Of a DNA stretch of 64,000 nt, positions 35,845 to 48,725 are shown piece after piece. A program made the position numbers and the translations under genes. How positions within the stretch are numbered: the stretch's first letter is position 1; every line of letters begins with the position of its first letter. The notes beneath the pieces are model-generated. The model did no database searches. It was not told where the DNA came from and saw only the letters and a list, made by a program, of their open reading frames with translations. The stretch comes from Ostrea edulis. Its lineage: Eukaryota. The stretch covers positions 7,068,001 through 7,132,000 of the forward strand of contig NC_079167.1 of assembly GCF_947568905.1 (NCBI RefSeq). Direction: 5' to 3'.

Positions 35845-37151
35845 CTGGAGTTTTTTGTGCTTGGACAGTTAAGTTTGGAATGGTCTTCTTTGCATTCCAA
35901 GCAAATATGAGCATTCCTGCATCTGGCTAGTTGACAACCCCGTTGTCCATTGAAATTGTTGCAGATTTCTCTACCTGCGTGGAAGTTTCTCTTGCGCCCG
36001 TACGAATCGTTGCTGTCAGTGGGTCTTCTGTTGGCATTCAATGGACAGAATCCAGTCAGATGTAGGGTGCTGTTGCAAGCAGCACATGACTGGGGCTTTG
36101 AGTTGGCAAATATGTTGCAAAACAATGTATTGTTACGAATTGACCAATCCACTAAAATGTTGTTGAATTTCAGCTGAGCCGCGGCCATAAGGCTAAAATG
36201 GCGGTGATATTCGTAAAAACCTTTCCCAGGATAACGGGTGGCCATGTCCACTAAGTCTCTCTCATACAAATCTAATTCCGATCTTCGGTGAGGGTAGGCC
36301 TCACACATAACGTTCTTATAAATGCCGAAAGCTTGAATGAATTCCCCAATGGTCAGGAAACGTTGCAGTCTCTGGTCAGACTTGCCCTCTGGTGACTCAA
36401 TGGGAGTGAAGTAGGGAATAAGAAGAGTGGCTAGGTTCACGTCCTTACCTGACACTATCTGCTGTCTCAGTTGTGGCGATATAGTCTCTACCAATGGTAA
36501 TGATTCAGAAGCGTAGCCATAGGTCGTCCTCACATTGTTGAGCTGACCAGGTGATCCAGCAGCAGCCGAGACTTGACGCGATTGGAAAGCAGAGAAAGCG
36601 GAAGCCAGATCATAACCACGGCTTTCATTCGTCGGAGAAATGGGCAAAGAGTCTGTGGATACGTGTACTGTAGACAGACCCGCCGAAGTTGGAGGTTCGT
36701 TGTTACCGGTGGTCACCCGTGTTGCATTTCTTGCCGTTTCTGTCCGGAGAAGCGGTCTCCCTGCAACGGCATTGTCCGACTGAATATTAGCCTGAGCGGT
36801 AAGAGAATTCACTCTAGTGTTTAACGACACCACACTTTGTTGCAGCGATTGAACCGTTGATGTCAACTTTGACACCAAGTCTACCAACACTCTCTGTTCG
36901 CCATTGTTGTTTACTCGTTGCGTTGCATTGTGGGATGTGTCATTGTGGGACTGCGTAGGTCTATTTATAGGATTCTCATTCTCTTCAATCAAACGTATCA
37001 ACACGGATCGGCGAGCATTGGTGGGAAAGTTAATACCGCGGGAATTCAGAGTTTCTCTCAAACGTGCCGAAGTCCAATTAGCAGGTAGTTCAGGATTGTA
37101 CGGTACCGATCGATTAGATCGCTTAGGTCCCATGGCGGGAAAATAATGCAC
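35778..37151 (-). CDS. ORF1 (gag-like) of Ngaro element 2, 457 aa, intact
   Basis: Homologous to 20296-21645. N-terminal LEM/SAP-like WTSARLRETL..RGI and C-terminal Cys/His finger. Confidence 0.9.
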   Translation of the reverse strand: MHYFPAMGPKRSNRSVPYNPELPANWTSARLRETLNSRGINFPTNARRSVLIRLIEENENPINRPTQSHNDTSHNATQRVNNNGEQRVLVDLVSKLTSTVQSLQQSVVSLNTRVNSLTAQANIQSDNAVAGRPLLRTETARNATRVTTGNNEPPTSAGLSTVHVSTDSLPISPTNESRGYDLASAFSAFQSRQVSAAAGSPGQLNNVRTTYGYASESLPLVETISPQLRQQIVSGKDVNLATLLIPYFTPIESPEGKSDQRLQRFLTIGEFIQAFGIYKNVMCEAYPHRRSELDLYERDLVDMATRYPGKGFYEYHRHFSLMAAAQLKFNNILVDWSIRNNTLFCNIFANSKPQSCAACNSTLHLTGFCPLNANRRPTDSNDSYGRKRNFHAGREICNNFNGQRGCQLARCRNAHICLECKEDHSKLNCPSTKNSSWPQFFGASTHQKPQREISTSK

Positions 37152-37316
37152 CAGTCACACAAACAAATACAACTCCCAGAATCTTCTATATATGTGGAAA
37201 ACACTACATGAAAACGTCTCCAAGATGAATAGTAAGTTCCAATATGATCATTGAAAGGAATCACGATATAGATAAATGTTGAAAAGGCAAAAATAATAGC
37301 TGCTGTTAGCTGCTGC

Positions 37317-37553
37317 CCTACAAGGCTATACAATGAACTTAATCAGCATCCCCCTCTAGGCATCAATGCTCCCGGCTACTCTAATCTGATTGGTCATCTA
37401 ATTACACTGACCAATACCAAATCTAATTTTAGAATCGATATGATAAATAAAAACAAAGCAACATCAAATATCCTAATTAAACATAGTTAGCTAAGTACAG
37501 GAAAAGGAAACCAACGTTGTGTATAAATAATAATTTAATAAATCAAATTTCAA
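37317..37553 (-). repeat. Split direct repeat A1 (5' end; contains CCAAT boxes)
   Basis: Identical by eye to A2. Contains CTGATTGGTCA and TGACCAAT. Confidence 0.95.
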
Positions 37554-38072
37554 TAAAATAATTCTGAATTGTCAATTCTCCACATCTAAAAAAAAACCAT
37601 AAAAAGCTGTGACATACATTGCTTCTAATAAAACATTTGTGTGTTTGTCAAAAGCACCTCTTCTTAAAGCTAAACACATGCTTTCTAATATTGGATATGT
37701 GATTGGCAATCTTGTTTTTGATGTACAAGTTTCTGATTGAACTTTTCTAATGCCATTCAAAATCATACTTAATCGATCCATAGATTGACATTTTGATTCA
37801 AATGGGTTAGGTATTCCCTTTTCTATGTATGCAAATCTTATGCCACATAAAAACAATCTTATGGTGGAGTATTTTAGAGATAAACTGTTTTGACAATGTG
37901 CTACAAAGTAAATCAAAATATCCTGAGAAATTGGAGGAAAACTGTCATCAAATTGAACATTATATAGCGCTAAAAAATGTTTGTAGGCATTAAAACCTTG
38001 CTGATATACATGTCTTGTATTGGAAGTTATTGTGTTTTGCCACAGATTGTCTACTACTTGCTGAAGTTCCAC
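37554..38072 (-). pseudogene. 5' half of the older Ngaro-type YR gene
   Basis: NTRHVYQQGFNAY, LIYFVAHC, TIRLFLCGIRF, RLPIT, AFYGFF-(frameshift)-RCGELTIQNYF. Confidence 0.9.
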
Positions 38073-38438
38073 ATTACATCTTTCTGTATATAGATCTCTT
38101 AATTATATTATTGTATCAGTTCAGCCAAATTAAGTTGTGCATTCATGATTGAACTTAATAGTGCAAATGAACACAGGATCATGGTCTGTCAAGGCAGAGA
38201 TCTTAGTGAATAATGCTTTCAAATCAAATGCGGAGTTGTTTTCTTCCGAAAATATATTAATTCTGCCCCCCAACCCTAAATTCTAACTTGGACTGCTTAG
38301 TCTTGAGATTGCAAAATTTGTAGGCCACTGTGGCTTCAAGCCAATAGGTTAAATAAATATTCCTGTATCAAAATATTTACAATATATACTAGTATATGAA
38401 AAAGTATCAGAACTATAATCATTTCATGTAAGGAAATT

Positions 38439-41400
38439 TTATATCCAGTACCTAACAAAGGCCAGGCATTGTAGATGTGGTACTCTTCTTTCAAGAATAG
38501 ACCCCATCCTGCACATCAATCTCCCAACTGCAAATACTTGATCTGTGTCCTTGTGCATGATGTATTTATGCACTTCTATAGCATCAGCCTGTCCTAATGG
38601 CTTTTCTAACATTAAACAGAAAGAGTTTTGCTTTTTCACTTTTGTGCAAGCCTTACTGAACATGGTAAAACCATTTCTTGCCACTTTTGCAACCAAAGAA
38701 AAGTCCGTTTTGCTGTCACTATTCATAAGTTTTTGAAGTTTATCTTTGATGACCTGGTCTAATTCCATTTGTAAATCTTGAACCTTAATAACATTGCACT
38801 GATATGCTCTGGATCCTGTTCTTTTGTCTGATGAGTTCACCATTCTTTCCATGAATTTGTAAGCTTTGCTTTCCATGTTTCCAACAGCTTGCATATCATA
38901 TACTTTCTTTGCAACTCTTTTCTGAGCCTGCAGAAACCAAAATACTTCCCTGCAAACATTGCCAGTTCCATGGATAGACTTCTTTATTTCACCATTAAAT
39001 GATTCAAATGCAAAGCACGACCAACACCAAAGAGGCCCCCATAATTTAACAAAAGATGCAAGATGTGTAAGGTTATGCACATTAAGGCTCATTAGGTGGT
39101 TTCCATATAATGAAGACATATTTGAGCAGAAAGCATTAAGTAATGTCTCAGCTCTTAACAGATCTGATGAAGAAATTCTTTCACTCAGTAATGTATATAC
39201 TGCCTCGACCAAACAGCTGAAATGCATAAGGTAAATGTCATGTAAATGTCCCTTCAAACATGGCAAGGCGAAAAACAGTAACCAGTTTCTAAGTTCTGAA
39301 GCCTTTCAGTGAGAGTAAGTGTTTGAGAGGATCCTTGGACGCCTATGTATAAAGTAGGGAGGCTTGATCTCCTTCAACATATTGTCCATTATTCTGATCT
39401 TTTCCCCAATGTACCAAGGTTCAGTTTTATTTTTACTATCAAACCACAATTGCAGAAGTTTTTTGCACACTCCTAGTAAAGCACCATGCATATAGTCAAT
39501 AGTCACATTTGTTGTCATACAGAAATACGGCAAGTACATAAGAACATTTTCACCAAAAAAGCCTTCAACTCTTTGTCCAGAAATTCGGGCAGCTTTAGCA
39601 CTATTCCTAGCATCTGATTCTGATCGCATCACAGGAGTTTTAATGTAAGGATATGATCTGCAGGTACCCTTTCCACTACTTACAACAACTCCTGGCTCTT
39701 TACAATATAAACACCCATTTACACCATTATGTTGAGTCATATTCAGTACATATGAACGTGCTTGCAGATCCATTGTAGCAACAACCAACATGGCTTTTGA
39801 TGTTATTGTTTGTCCTTCCACTGTGAATGTGACTCCATAGTTATATAAAATAAGGAGATCAAGGACAAGGTGTCGTAAAAGCATGCACATTTTTGGTTTC
39901 CCCACGCCTTGCCAAATTCCCCAAAGAACCATATTTGTCCTCTGAAATCGTTCTTTGGGTGACAGTTCATTGATGAGGAGATAAACTGGCCATAATGACA
40001 CAGATGAGCTGCTAAACAAGGGTATGCCATCTGTAAATAAAGTTAGAGTGATGTTTGAAGACATGTGGAGAAAACCTCCAGGATGTTGGAGTTTCTGGTA
40101 ACCTAATCCACTCTTTATATCAGAAATGATATCACTTTGCAGATTATGTCCATTTGAATGTTTAATCAATTCCCAAATGCCAGGACATTCAAATATATCC
40201 TTTAACTGTTCTTCAAGTTTGCTGGTCACAAAGTATTTTTTGAATTCTGGATTTGTTTTTGATCCTTGGCATTCAGGTGTTTGACAGTTATCCTCATTCC
40301 CATTAAAGCCTTTTTTGCAACCATCACAATATAAATGATATTGAAGTTGATTTGGACCGAATCCACACTCATCTTTCAACTTTGCAACAGATGTTTCGCC
40401 TATATTTTCATCAGGAATATGAAGCTGAATAAAATCCAGGATATCTGACATTGCTGTTTGTGAGAGATTGTGCCTTGTGGCTAATGCACTAGCAGCTAAC
40501 AGATGTTCAGATTTTGTGACTGAACTCTTATATAGATGCTGTTGAGGTGGAATGACATACAAAGGAGGGTCATTCGTTTTTGTTGAGTTATCCTCATTTT
40601 CAGCACGACCATCATCATGTTCATCAGAAGAATAGCTTCCATCCTCGCTTACAATATCAGTTCCAACACTCAAATCTGATGAAAAAGACATATCATCATC
40701 ACTGTATGAGTTGTCAACATCTGTCGGCAAATTCTGTATTAATTCCTCTTCTTCTTGAACATTTTCACCTTGATCATCAACACATCCATGATCTAATTCT
40801 TGTGAGTTGCAAGGAATATGACCTTGCTCCATATCTTCTTCATTATTTGCAGTGTCACTGGAAAGAAAAGAATACATACATTTAAAAAAAATGCTAAAAG
40901 AAGTAAATTCTTTTAAGAACAATGATGAATAATTGGAAAATATCGGGGTTGCAAATAACCACTTGCAAATGCGAGTATTATTTCACTTGTGGGCAACCAA
41001 ATTATGAAAATCCTCTTGCCCACATGGCAAGTAAAAGTTTACCCTAACTTTTCCGGAATCTGCTTACAGTTTGATTAGACTTTTAAATGCACTTTTGTTT
41101 TCACTGAAAAATGCAAAGATTATTTCTCGGACTATTAAAGAAAACGATCATAAAATTTTCCTTTGAAATGGGCATTGCTATTTGCAATTGTGGGCCTCAA
41201 AATATTTAAGTGGGCTAGAAATGTCTGCAAAGTTGGGGGCCCACATGGCCCCTCAACTTTTGACTGTCATTTGCAACCCTGGACCCAGTTGCACAAAGGT
41301 TTGTTAACTTTAAACTAACAGTTAACTTGTCATTAACTCTTACATTAATATTATAGTCATAACTAGACGTTAACTGTCAGTTAAACTTAACTAACTTTTG

Positions 41401-41585
41401 AGCAACTGGGTCCTGAAGAGGCAATATACATAGTGGTCAGAATGTGTGTTAATTAAGATTTGTAATGGTAAAAATAAATACCTGAACTTCCTTTTCTTCC
41501 AGAAATAAGTACTCCTGGGCACCGATTCTGATGAGTCAAATTCATACTTTTTGTATGTACGTTGAACCTTGCTTACACCTAAAAT
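38439..41585 (-). pseudogene. EnSpm/CACTA-type transposase 2, near full length, one nonsense codon
   Basis: LFTDGIPLF...SLWPVY.INEL, TMDLQAR...QHNG..GCLYC, IDYMHGALLGV, H*KASELRNW (TGA at 39306-39308), NVHNLTHL...WGPLWCWSCFAFESFNG. Small upstream exon near 41480-41585 (YKKYE...VPRST). Confidence 0.88.
41282..41412. mobile_element. 131-bp MITE, Harbinger type, CTG TSD
   Basis: TIR GACCCAGTTGCACAAAGGTTTGTTAAC versus GACCCAGTTGCTCAAAAGTTAGTTAAG. CTG on both flanks. Located in an intron of transposase 2. Confidence 0.75.
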
Positions 41586-42199
41586 AAATTTTCAAAGTTT
41601 AATTATTACTTTAATTAAGTTACAAGTTGATGTGATAAAATATTTCTTAAGGAATAAGTGACAGCAGAAGAAACAAAGTACATACTGGCTGTGGGGGGTA
41701 TAGACCTAGTTCAAATTCAGCTGCAACGTTCACTTCCTTATTTACTTACCAAGATTACTAGCAAGGTTCTTATGATAACACTGAATATGGGTTATGAGTG
41801 TTTGCTTGCGACTTAATTTTTTCTGACAATTTTCGTCTGGGCACTGCCATTCCTTTCCACTTAATTGGAATTTTGAAATATCCATTTCATTAATCCTTTA
41901 ATCTGAAAGGAAGAAAAAAGTGAAAGTGAAAGTCCAAAGAAATCTGAATCATATTGAAAGTAGCTTTGTAAATAAAGTAAAACCTGTAGTTCAATATAAA
42001 TCATAATAATTGATGACAATGATGCTGAAGATTTCGATACTATTTATCAGTTTATGTAATTGTAACCTGTCACGATCTAATTGGGTCCAATCAATTAACT
42101 ATAAGTCTGAATTTTCTCTGACGTGAAAAAAATATCAAACAGACCCAATTCGCATGCCATTTCCATTTTCGGTGCCAGATTTCAGCACAAAATCTTAAA

Positions 42200-42480
42200 A
42201 TTCAGTTACCTATGCAAATGAATGAGTCCATGTTGATATATGATTAACTTTTTGACTGAAACGTGATTTCAATTTCAAAATTTCAAAATCTGAATGCTCC
42301 TGTCCCACCAATATGCACATCTACAAATGGCAATGAAGCATTGTCTAAAGTTTCAAGTCTATCTGATAAGCCATATAGGAGGAAAGGCATTCACAAAGTT
42401 TTTGTGACAGACAGACGGATGAATAGACAGAAAGTACAAAAACAATATGTCTCCCCCTGAAAGAGGGGAGACATAATTAG
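42200..42480 (+). mobile_element. Non-autonomous Helentron-type fragment
   Basis: GACA/GACG microsatellite at about 42405-42435, followed by ACAATATGTCTCCCCCTGAAAGAGGGGAGACATAA hairpin end. Confidence 0.7.
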
Positions 42481-43370
42481 CACCAATACATGTATTCCAT
42501 ATTATTCTTCACAATCTCTTAATAATATACAATCTTACCTGCTTATAAAGCCAGTTAAATCTGCCATTCTCCCAAAGAACTGCCAGGTACGAAGGTAATG
42601 CAAATATGTGATGGGAATCATTTGCATTATTCATCCTCATCAGCAAAGCCAAAAATGCATTGATTACCTGCAAGGAAAGAAGAAGATGGTAACTGATGAG
42701 AACATTGAAAAGAACATATTCTGGTTGCATTCTTCACAAAAATACTAACATTTTCTCAAATTTCATGGATGGATCTGAAAATTTCAGGCACAAAGGTTCA
42801 CATAGTGCCTGACACTTCAACAAAGTTAAAAAAAAAAATCAATTGATTACCCTCACAGATATAGTCTGGAAAGAAATGTCCACAGATGGACAGACCATCT
42901 GAAAGACAAGATGAATCCAATGCAACCCAAAAACTTTAGGGGGTGTACAAAAAAATTAATACGTCTTGTACACCTACACTAAGTAATGAACACTTCTGCA
43001 AAGTTTCAATGTGAATTCCAACCCCCATTTTTGTTCCTAATGCTTTACTATCAATGTGCTTTAGCCTGTGCAATCAGACACCTGTCACTTCTCACATACA
43101 AAATTTGTCTCCCAGAGTATGTCCAATTAGATAGGTTTCACAATTTATAAAATACCTTATCATTCAGCCAGTTGTTGTTCAATAACGAATAAAAGTCCTT
43201 TCTATAAAGGACCTCCCCACAAACATGGTATCGGGTGTCCTGCTTGATTTTGGGAGAACATGGTGGGAAGCCTTGATTATTGGTAACAATGAGAATTGAT
43301 CTGAAAAAATAAAATGATCAATCCGTACATGTTTTACTATAGTATTAGATTTTTTAAAAATAAGTGCCAT

Positions 43371-44725
43371 CTAGTGAGAAGTACATTGGCAGGAGAGACT
43401 CTGGCAATGGCAGATGCAATCGACAATGCAATATTTCTTGCAGTACGTGTTTCCTATTTTTGCTGGAATTGACGCATGTTTGAAAGAGTGTACCACTTGT
43501 CCATCTCCAAATCTAAATGGTCTGTGGCTCTCATGAGTATCAACTGAGTCTCTATTTACACCACTCATATACTGATCAAACCATTTTTCCCCACAAACTG
43601 TACGTGTGCATGCTGTATCGATAACTGCTGACCCTTTTGATTCAATGACACTAAAGACCTTTATTTGGTGTGGGTAGGTCTTTAGTAAGTAAAGTCAAAT
43701 TACAATTGTCCATAGTATCACTATCATCTTCTACAATTTTTGCTGACGTTGTTTTATCTGGACAGTTTTTAGCCCAATTAAAAACGCTCTGACATATTGC
43801 GCACTTTGTCCTCTTTCCAAATTTATTGAGTGGATTCGTTCCTCTTTGAGCATTCTCAAACTTTTGTGTGGGTGGAAATCTTTTATGCTGGGTAAGAAAG
43901 GCTTTTTCTTCTTTAACTGTTATGCCTGAAAATCCACTTGTCACTCCTGCACTTGCACTTTCTCCAAAAATACGCTGTAGTGCAGACTTCATTGATGCAT
44001 ACTTTACATCTGGTGATGCTGTCAATGCCGACTGTTTTTCACTCGATGAAAGTCCAGCATTGTCTAAAATTTTGAATGCTAAAACTGCTTCCGGAAGTGT
44101 CATTTCATACTTCTTTGATTTGTTATATCTTTTATCAGATTCAACAATGAAATCAGTCATTGACATATCTTCCGTTCTACTAAATGTGTCGAAGTTCTTA
44201 TAGGCTTCATAAGCTTTGTCTTTGTCATCCCTGAGAAAACTTTATCAAGCTGTTCAATCAAAGTTGCCATCCCGGTATCCTTTGCCATATCGGCGGCGGC
44301 AATGTCCATTGCCGTTTCTCTTGCATTTCCCACTAATGTCAGTGACACTGCTAACGCTTGTTTTTCGGGTTTTAGGTCCGTAACAAGTTGCCAAACTTTT
44401 ACTTTGTTTTTCCAAGTTTCGTAGGTCATACATTTTGGATTGAATGCCGGTGGATTTTTGTAGTTACTCGCCATTTTTAACTACGCTCTGCTACCATGAA
44501 AAGCTTAAATACTTTGACTTACAGTTTCTGCTGTATAATCCCTCGTATGAAGCACTACGTTCGTTTGATCACATGTGAATTCTTCCCAACGTTGGGCGCG
44601 CCATTTTCCTCCAGAAAAGCCCTCTCCTGCGCGGGAGATTATTCTCGTATATCACAAAATAGTTTTCACTTCCTGTTTACATTGACAACGTACTGTACTT
44701 ATGTTCATGTTAACATCTAGTTACA
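43371..44725 (-). mobile_element. Ty1/copia (GalEa-like) 5' fragment: LTR, PBS, gag with zinc knuckle, protease remnant
   Basis: LTR about 44725-44497 ending TTTTCA, directly followed by PBS TGGTAGCAGAGC (44496-44485, complementary to initiator Met tRNA, typical of GalEa). gag MASNYKNPP...CAICQSVFNWAKNCP (frameshift near 44230), then FRFGDG. Confidence 0.8.
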
Positions 44726-45391
44726 GTATCATCTGATCATTGAGATTTTCTTACCATTGGTTAACTCTTTGCTTCTGAATGGAGGTCTCTATAATATAGA
44801 AACATCTTAAATTTGCAGATATTGAATTACATTTGAATAAGATCATGAGTAAAGATCCTAAGTACTCCATTCTGTACATACTTTCATGTAAATATTACAC
44901 GAACGCAGGCACCCACCCACCCACACACACACCTTAGACATTGGTATAGAATGGAAAACAGTTCAAGCTGAAAATCGACTTGTTGGACATATTGTTGATG
45001 GGGAATCTTCCCTTTGAGCATCACTTCATCTTCACCTTTCATTTCATGAATCTGTATTGTAAAGTCAATGAAACAAAGGAACGAAAACCATCCGTTTCCC
45101 CATTAAACTCAAATTCATTATGTCCTTTCAGCAACTGGAAATAGAATTCCTAGTCTGAATGGTTTTCAAACCTAGATCACTGTTAGAAATATGTTTATTC
45201 ATACCCTAATCATGAACTATTGGTAATTACCTCTTGTTCTTTCTTTCTTTTTTGTGGTCTTTCACACTCTGTGTCCTACATGATAGGAACAAGGATTAAA
45301 TGAAATCATTTTGTGTAAAAGAAACATTCTCAATACATAAGACTACACATTGGTAATTACCTCTTGTTCTTCCCTTCTTTCTGGTGGTCTT

Positions 45392-46896
45392 TGTTGTGTA
45401 TGAATCTATACAAACACGTCTGTTCACTGTGGCTACATTTTATTAACTGACAATACAAGAGTTTCACAGAGTATCAAATATCAAGTTCTGGAGAGTCAGC
45501 GCTTTTAATAGGTTACCCATTAGTGACTGTCAGAATCAATTACTATCCTAACATTGTTTTATTTATGTTGGAGATGCAGGTGTGAACTTTGGAATATAGA
45601 ACTTTAAAATAATACATATATGACAATTCCTCCCTTCTATTTTATGAACATAAAACATTTGTAATATTCAAAAGAAAACAAAACTATTCTACTTAATTGA
45701 TAATTAAAGTTCATCAGATTATGTTAATGTTACAATGTTTATGTACAAAGTCAACACTCTTCAATGAGTCTTTTGGTTTGTTTTCGCACACGCATCGGAT
45801 AATGTTTATTTAACGGTTGTTCGGACGTCACGTTTTCTGTGTGTGTACTGGCCGGAGACTCGCTGCATGGCGTGTTTTCTGTGTGTGTACTGGCCGGAGA
45901 CTCGCTGCATGGCGTGTTTTCTATGTGTGTACTGGCCGGAGACTCGCTGCATGGCGTGTTTTCTATGTGTGTACTGGCCGGAGACTCGCTGCATGGCGTG
46001 TTTGAGTCAGAAGTTACAGACTCTTGTTGTTCACATATTTCTGCCATAGGGTCATTTAAAGAACACTGTTCATCAGGTTTCGGTTTTGAATCGCGCATTT
46101 GATCGAAGTGTCTTTTCCACACACTTCCTTGTTCTGTGGTGACTTCATAAGATAACGGTCCTAATTTTGATCTAATCTGTCCGTTAATCCATTTATCCTT
46201 ATTTCGATAATCCCGTACAATCACATGATCATTTTCTTTGAACTCTCTTTCCTCCATGGCGTTTTTCATGGTTTTATCTGCCACGATTTTCCTGGTATCG
46301 GGTCGTATCAAATCTAGGCATGTCCGTAGATTTCTTCCGTGAAATAATTTTACTGGTGTCTCATTGGTGACACTATGAGGTGTGTTCCTATACAGCAATA
46401 AGAAGTTCGCAATCTTTTTGTTGAGCGACATTTCGTTGTTTTTCATAGAGTTCATGCTTCGTTTGAAAGTTTACACAAATCTTTCGGCCAATCCATTAGT
46501 TGCTGGTTGATATGGAGCGGATTTGAAATGTTTAATTCCATTTTTCTTTTTAAAATCATCAAATTCACGTGACATGAACTGTGGTCTGTTGTCTGAGACG
46601 ATCTGCTCTGGAATTCCATTCCTTGCGAAAACTGTACGAAGAATTTCAATAGTTTTAAAAGATGTAATTTTATTCATTGTGAAAACTTCAGGCCATTTAG
46701 AGTGCGCATCAACCATGATTAGAAAATTCTTATTTAAAAATGGTCCTGCAAAATCAATATGTATCCTCTGCCAGGGTGCTGAAGGCCATTCCCAGGGATG
46801 TACTGGTGCTTTGCTTGGATTGTTTTGAATTTTAGCACATCCACTGCAAGATTTAGTGATGTTTTCAATTTCTTTATCAATTCCAGCCCATGTCAA
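45392..46896 (-). mobile_element. Ty3/gypsy 3' fragment: integrase, PPT, 3' LTR
   Basis: PWQRIHIDFAGP, VDAHSKWPEV, IVSDN.PQF, SAPYQPATNGLAERFV, YRNTPH. PPT AGAAGGGAGGAAT at 45638-45626, then LTR starting TGTCA at 45625 and ending near CAACA at 45392. Confidence 0.9.
45830..46005. repeat. 42-bp tandem repeat x4 in the integrase C-terminal tail
   Basis: Encodes (ENTPCSESPASTH[I/T])n in frame. Confidence 0.9.
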
Positions 46897-47499
46897 AGTG
46901 GAAGGCAGTTTCTAAGCAGTTATTAAACCTTCCCAGTTTTACTTCAGTAGCAGTATTTTAGCAGTTCCTTAGCCTTCCATAGTCTTTTAGCCAGTCAGAA
47001 GACTCTCAAAAACTCCTTATGAATAAGAGCAGTTTTAAGCAGTTTTTTTAGCCTTCCCAGTTTTTGGCCAGTTTCTTAGCAGTTATTTTGGCCGAAAAAT
47101 GTAAATGAGATGACAGAAACTGCTTGAAACTGTCAAAAACTGCCTAGGCAATTCCATATAAGGGCACGCCTTATGAATATTCAAAGCATGCTAAATGGCT
47201 TAAAACTGCTAAATTTCTGACTGATAAATATAAATTTACAATAATAATGCAAGATTAAATGATTCAAGGAAATGCAGGTGCCCTACTGTACATAATGAAA
47301 ATACAACTAAAATTGATTAGACAAGTATAAAGTTATTACATGCAAAATGTTGTCAATAAATGCAACTATCAATGTTTCCTTGTAAAGTGATATATGATGT
47401 GCACTTAATTTTGCATTTTCAGTTTTACATGTACACAACTTATTGTGCTCTGAAATTTGATCTCCTCGTAGCACGCCTACACAAGAAAACCCCTGTACT

Positions 47500-47640
47500 T
47501 TTAGTAATCTTAATAATGCATTTATAAGTTCGCCTTTGGCATTCCAATCCTCACTGTCCTTCCTTGGTGTCGCTAGGGAGATGACAATGTTGGTGTCTGG
47601 GAACTTTTCCATGGTTTTGTCAATTAGTTACATCATCTTT
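47500..47640 (-). pseudogene. Possible second SGNH-hydrolase fragment
   Basis: DKTMEKFPDTNIVISLATPRKD...KGELINALL resembles the region after SGNH block III. No catalytic residues seen. Confidence 0.35.
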
Positions 47641-48159
47641 TTAATACATCCATCTACAGTGCAGCTAATACATAAATACACCTAAACTACATGTGAATAC
47701 ACTACAGCGTCTCTCTGACCATGCACTCTGAGAGTTTTCAATAATATAAATTGTTAATAAATAAACTGTAAATCAATGTCTACTTAAATTAAATGTTGAA
47801 TATTAATTCTTATCAATGTGTCAATGTTAAGCTGACAGAACATTAAATATGTTAAACTATATTAATTAAAAGTATTGTACATACCTTGAATATGTCTGTA
47901 CATTTCAATTTCCAAACCACTTATCAAAGCAAACTTAGTTTTTGTTCACATTGAAAATCCAGGGAATGAAAGATAGAAACATGAGTTAAAAGAACAATTA
48001 CATCCACTCAGCACAATATCCAGAACTACACATCACTCCATCACAATGCTTCTACAGGTACATCTTTACAACATTGGATTTGTTTGTACTCTCTGTACTT
48101 TTCTGTTAAGTACTTTTTACACCTTTTTTACAGGGACAGTCAAAAATAAGTGAGAGTAT

Positions 48160-48725
48160 TAAAAACAAGAGGTCCATAGGCCACACTGCTCACCTGAGCT
48201 GGACTGGAATCATAAAAAAAAACTGGATTTAGGAAGAAATTTCAATAGCTTTCAAGATATTTGACAACTCCCAAGAAAACTAGGTGAAGATCCTCTGAGA
48301 CCTATCCACTATGAACTCTTGAGCTTGTCTTGTCACAAAGCACAAGAAAATATATGGAGAACTCAATACTTTTCAAAATATTTGACTACTTCTGAAAGGG
48401 CGGGTCAGGAATAATCCTTTGGGTCAATCCACAATGTACCATTGAATTTGTTTTGCCATAAGGAACAAGAAGATTTTTTAAAACAATCATCCTATTTTCA
48501 TTTTTTCCTAATTACCTCCCCTTGGAAGAGGGCGTGGACCTTCATTTGAACAAATTTGAATCTCCTTCATGCAATGATGCTTTGTGCCAATTTTAGTTGA
48601 AGTTGGCCATGTGGTACTTGAGAAGAAGTTGAAAATATGAAAAGTTTACAAAAATGAATACAGCAACAACAACGCAAATGGACAACTAACAACTTTTGAT
48701 CAGAAAAGCTAACTTGAGATTTAGA
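48160..48725 (+). mobile_element. Non-autonomous Helentron/pearl-like repeat
   Basis: Starts AACAAGAGGTCCATAGGCCACACTGCTCACCTGAG and ends with an AAC microsatellite then TTTGATCAGAAAAGCTAACTTGAG. This is a layout recalled from oyster HINE repeats. Confidence 0.6.

Larger units (their letters stand above)
31012..37553 (-). mobile_element. Ngaro-type YR retrotransposon 2, apparently complete and intact (6542 bp)
   Basis: A1 (37317-37553) - ORF1 - RT/RH - YR - B1 (32218 to about 33093) - A2 (31981-32217) - B2 (31012 to about 31918). All three ORFs are open, repeat copies are near-identical by eye, no TSD. Confidence 0.95.

Noticed and set aside
17672-38072. Prophage or bacterial integrases
   Set aside because: The YRs sit in gag-RT-YR order with Ngaro split repeats, among spliced genes.
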